Positions 61,501 through 64,000 of a stretch of DNA of 64,000 bases are shown piece after piece; the first letter of the stretch is position 1, and each line of letters opens with the position of its first letter. Both the position numbers and the translations under genes were made by a program. Under the pieces are notes generated by a model. It saw only the letters and a program-made list of their open reading frames with translations, had not been told where the DNA came from and did not search any database. Source of the DNA: Camelus ferus (lineage: Eukaryota); contig NC_045696.1 in the NCBI RefSeq assembly GCF_009834535.1, forward strand, positions 63,800,001 to 63,864,000, in the 5' to 3' direction.

Positions 61501-64000
61501 AAAACATAAATTACCCTATTAAATCTTCAGGAAGTAAACTCTTCAAACTTTCTGGCTCCATGAATATTTTGAACTTGAATTGCACAAAGGATGAAAACAA
61601 TTTAAAATGCACCTACTTTTGGGGCTTCACATGAGGATTGGTTTGTTAGTGCTGATAACAGTGAAATAACTGCTAAAATGACTGAAACATATTCTGTTAC
61701 AAAACTTCTAAAGGAATTCAAAGACTGCCTCGCCATTTATTCACCAGAAATAAATCACACTCCAGACCCTGTGTACCCCTTATGGAAGCAATCGTGATTT
61801 TGAGTCTTTTCCTAGTTTTGACTCTAGCCAACCACATGAATCCTGGAGAAGGCATTCTTATGCTCTGCCGTATTTCACACATCTAATGATCACCAAATCT
61901 TTTATGTATCATTTATGAACAAAGTTCTGGGAGGAATTATAAGGAACGGGAGTTCATAATCACAGGGTAGATGGAATTAAGTGATCTTCCAGTTCTAATA
62001 CTTAATGATGACTTTTTAGTAAGCCTCATATATGACTGAACATGTTACCATCATTAATGACAATGATGGTCCTGGCAGCAAATGCAATTAGAAAATTTTT
62101 TTTAATAAATTCTACCAAAGAAAATAGCAAAATGTATTGACGAGTATCAAGACATGGAAAAGAGCATTGTTAGACCACAAATTACAACTGTGAAACATGA
62201 GGCATGTGAAATTCAAGCGTTCAGAGAAGAGCCACATTAAGAGGCTTGTTAGACCATGGATTTGGTTATACCGTGGGGTCAAACTATTACCCTAGGTGCA
62301 CAGGTTTCTTTCTCTCTCCCTCATTAAAATAGAGACCACTTAAAAGATGCTCTCCAATAACAGAATTATAACATGATTTAAGTATCTTTAATTACTCATC
62401 TACACAGATGACCTTAGATCAAGCACAGGCAAAATATAAACTGCAGTTACATCTACAAGTAGTGTGAAGGTTTTTAAAAATAATACACAGTTCATTCATA
62501 GTGCACAAGTAAAAACAAGAATAAGTTTTAAATATTTAAACACAAAGCCATGATTATTCAAAAGGTAAGCTTATTTGCGAGCACATTTCCATTCTGCTAA
62601 AGTACCTGAAACTATAGCATATATCAGCTTAGAGAACTGAAATTAAAAAAAAATTTCTCTGATCCCCTTTATCAAAAACTAAAATACCACATTTCTTTTT
62701 GCAGATAAATACATTTAAAATAAATAAAAATAAAATCGACTAGTTAAGGAATTTAACTTTTAAACCTACACTCTGTATCTTATCGTATGTAAAATTCTCA
62801 GATTATACGATTAGGAAGTACCACTTTCTGCAATATTCCCTACTCATTTTTACACTATTCATTTCCATCCAGAGGCAACTTGTGGGAAGGAGTCTGCTGT
62901 TGTAAAGCCTGGAAAGGTGGGATGATACAAATAAAAGAGAACATAAATAAGCCACTTGGGAAGGCTGGTTGCTCCACTTACAACTATAGCTCAGCTGAAC
63001 TATAGTTTAACCATGAAGCTGTAAGAACTGCTTGTTTCCTATCATGCATTATCATTCATAAACTGATTTTTAAAATTGATGCCCTGATCCAGTAAATTCT
63101 AGATAGAATCTATTTACAGTTACTCAGTCTTCCATACAGAGCTCTGTTCACTCTATTCTTTGCAGATTCTGACATGAAAAACAAATGATTCCTGGTCTAG
63201 TTAGAATTTAACTTCTGTATATTGAATTTGTTTTCATTTGTTACAGTTGCATACTTCTGTATAGTGATTTGTTTACAACGGAATCATCTGTAATTTCTGA
63301 ACTACAGACACAAAACACAGGGTTTACTGTTGAGAATCTGAATTTAATTTTTTTTCTTTTAATAACATCTGCATTTAATAAATACTTCACTTTCAGTGGG
63401 GCAGGGGTGGAGAGGCTTGGCATGCTTAGTCTGAGACAGCCATAAAGGGAAAAAAATATTAATCTATGAAAGAAGTCATATTACTGAGGGGGATGGGGAA
63501 TATCTGGACTCTAATATGGGATTTCTAATAGTATTTTTTTATCATCTATTTATATATTTAAATTACAAATACTGATCTCAAAGAAATGGATACCCGACCA
63601 CCCCTTTCTTAAATTTATACAAAGGGTTGTGATAAGTACTGACTTAACATCAGCCTTTTGCCTGGGGGGAATCTGTAGGAATACAGCTCAGGGCACTTGC
63701 CCCTGTCCATAGCTCTCAGAAAGAAATACAGTCCTATTCCTTCTTCTTTAGAAATAGATCTGTAGTTGTAAAGTGGTTGTGTTTCATAATTGCAAAATAT
63801 TAATTAATAATGCATGATGTCGGCTTCAGTGAGGGTGTTTGCCCACCGGCCAGCACTGGTTAGAGGGAATTAACCAGTGATGTCATCTCCTAACCTTTGT
63901 ACACAATCCTGGGGCGCTCCACCCCCTTCCTATTTCCCCCTCCCAGGTCTAAAGGACACAGGAAATGTTCTCGACCACTCAGCTACCAAACAAAGTATAT

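Noticed and set aside
1..64000. Assigning gene symbols to the flanking putative genes
   Set aside because: No translated segment matched a protein I recognise, so any name would be a guess.

Overview
Mammalian (eutherian) genomic DNA, most likely camelid. Five copies of a tRNA-derived SINE with the head GGGGAGGGTATAGCTCAGTGGTAGAG...CATGCTTAGCATGCACGAGGTCCTGGGTTCAATCCCCAGTACCTC match the Vic-1 type as I recall it, and I saw no Alu, B1, BovB/Bov-tA or PRE-1. The window is essentially non-coding (intergenic or intronic). It is dominated by decayed interspersed repeats: L1 fragments of several ages, L2, MIR, MLT1 and MER21 LTRs, and Charlie1a, MER2B, MER8, MER20, MER102 and Tigger2-type DNA elements. 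I recognise no host protein-coding gene; the only ORFs with recognisable homology are broken L1 ORF1/ORF2 pieces. The left end (1-1050) looks like the 5' region of an unidentified minus-strand transcript, with two strong GT donors and a canonical CTCF motif. The right end (about 56400-64000) looks like the 3' region of another minus-strand gene, with a candidate exon, short intron, terminal exon and AATAAA signals. Between them are several repeat-free, motif-dense patches that are candidate enhancers, plus a few perfect hairpins/palindromes. I found no convincing evidence of a novel multi-gene system; the findings are modest, testable leads. Repeat family names are from recalled consensus sequences, and most repeat boundaries are approximate.
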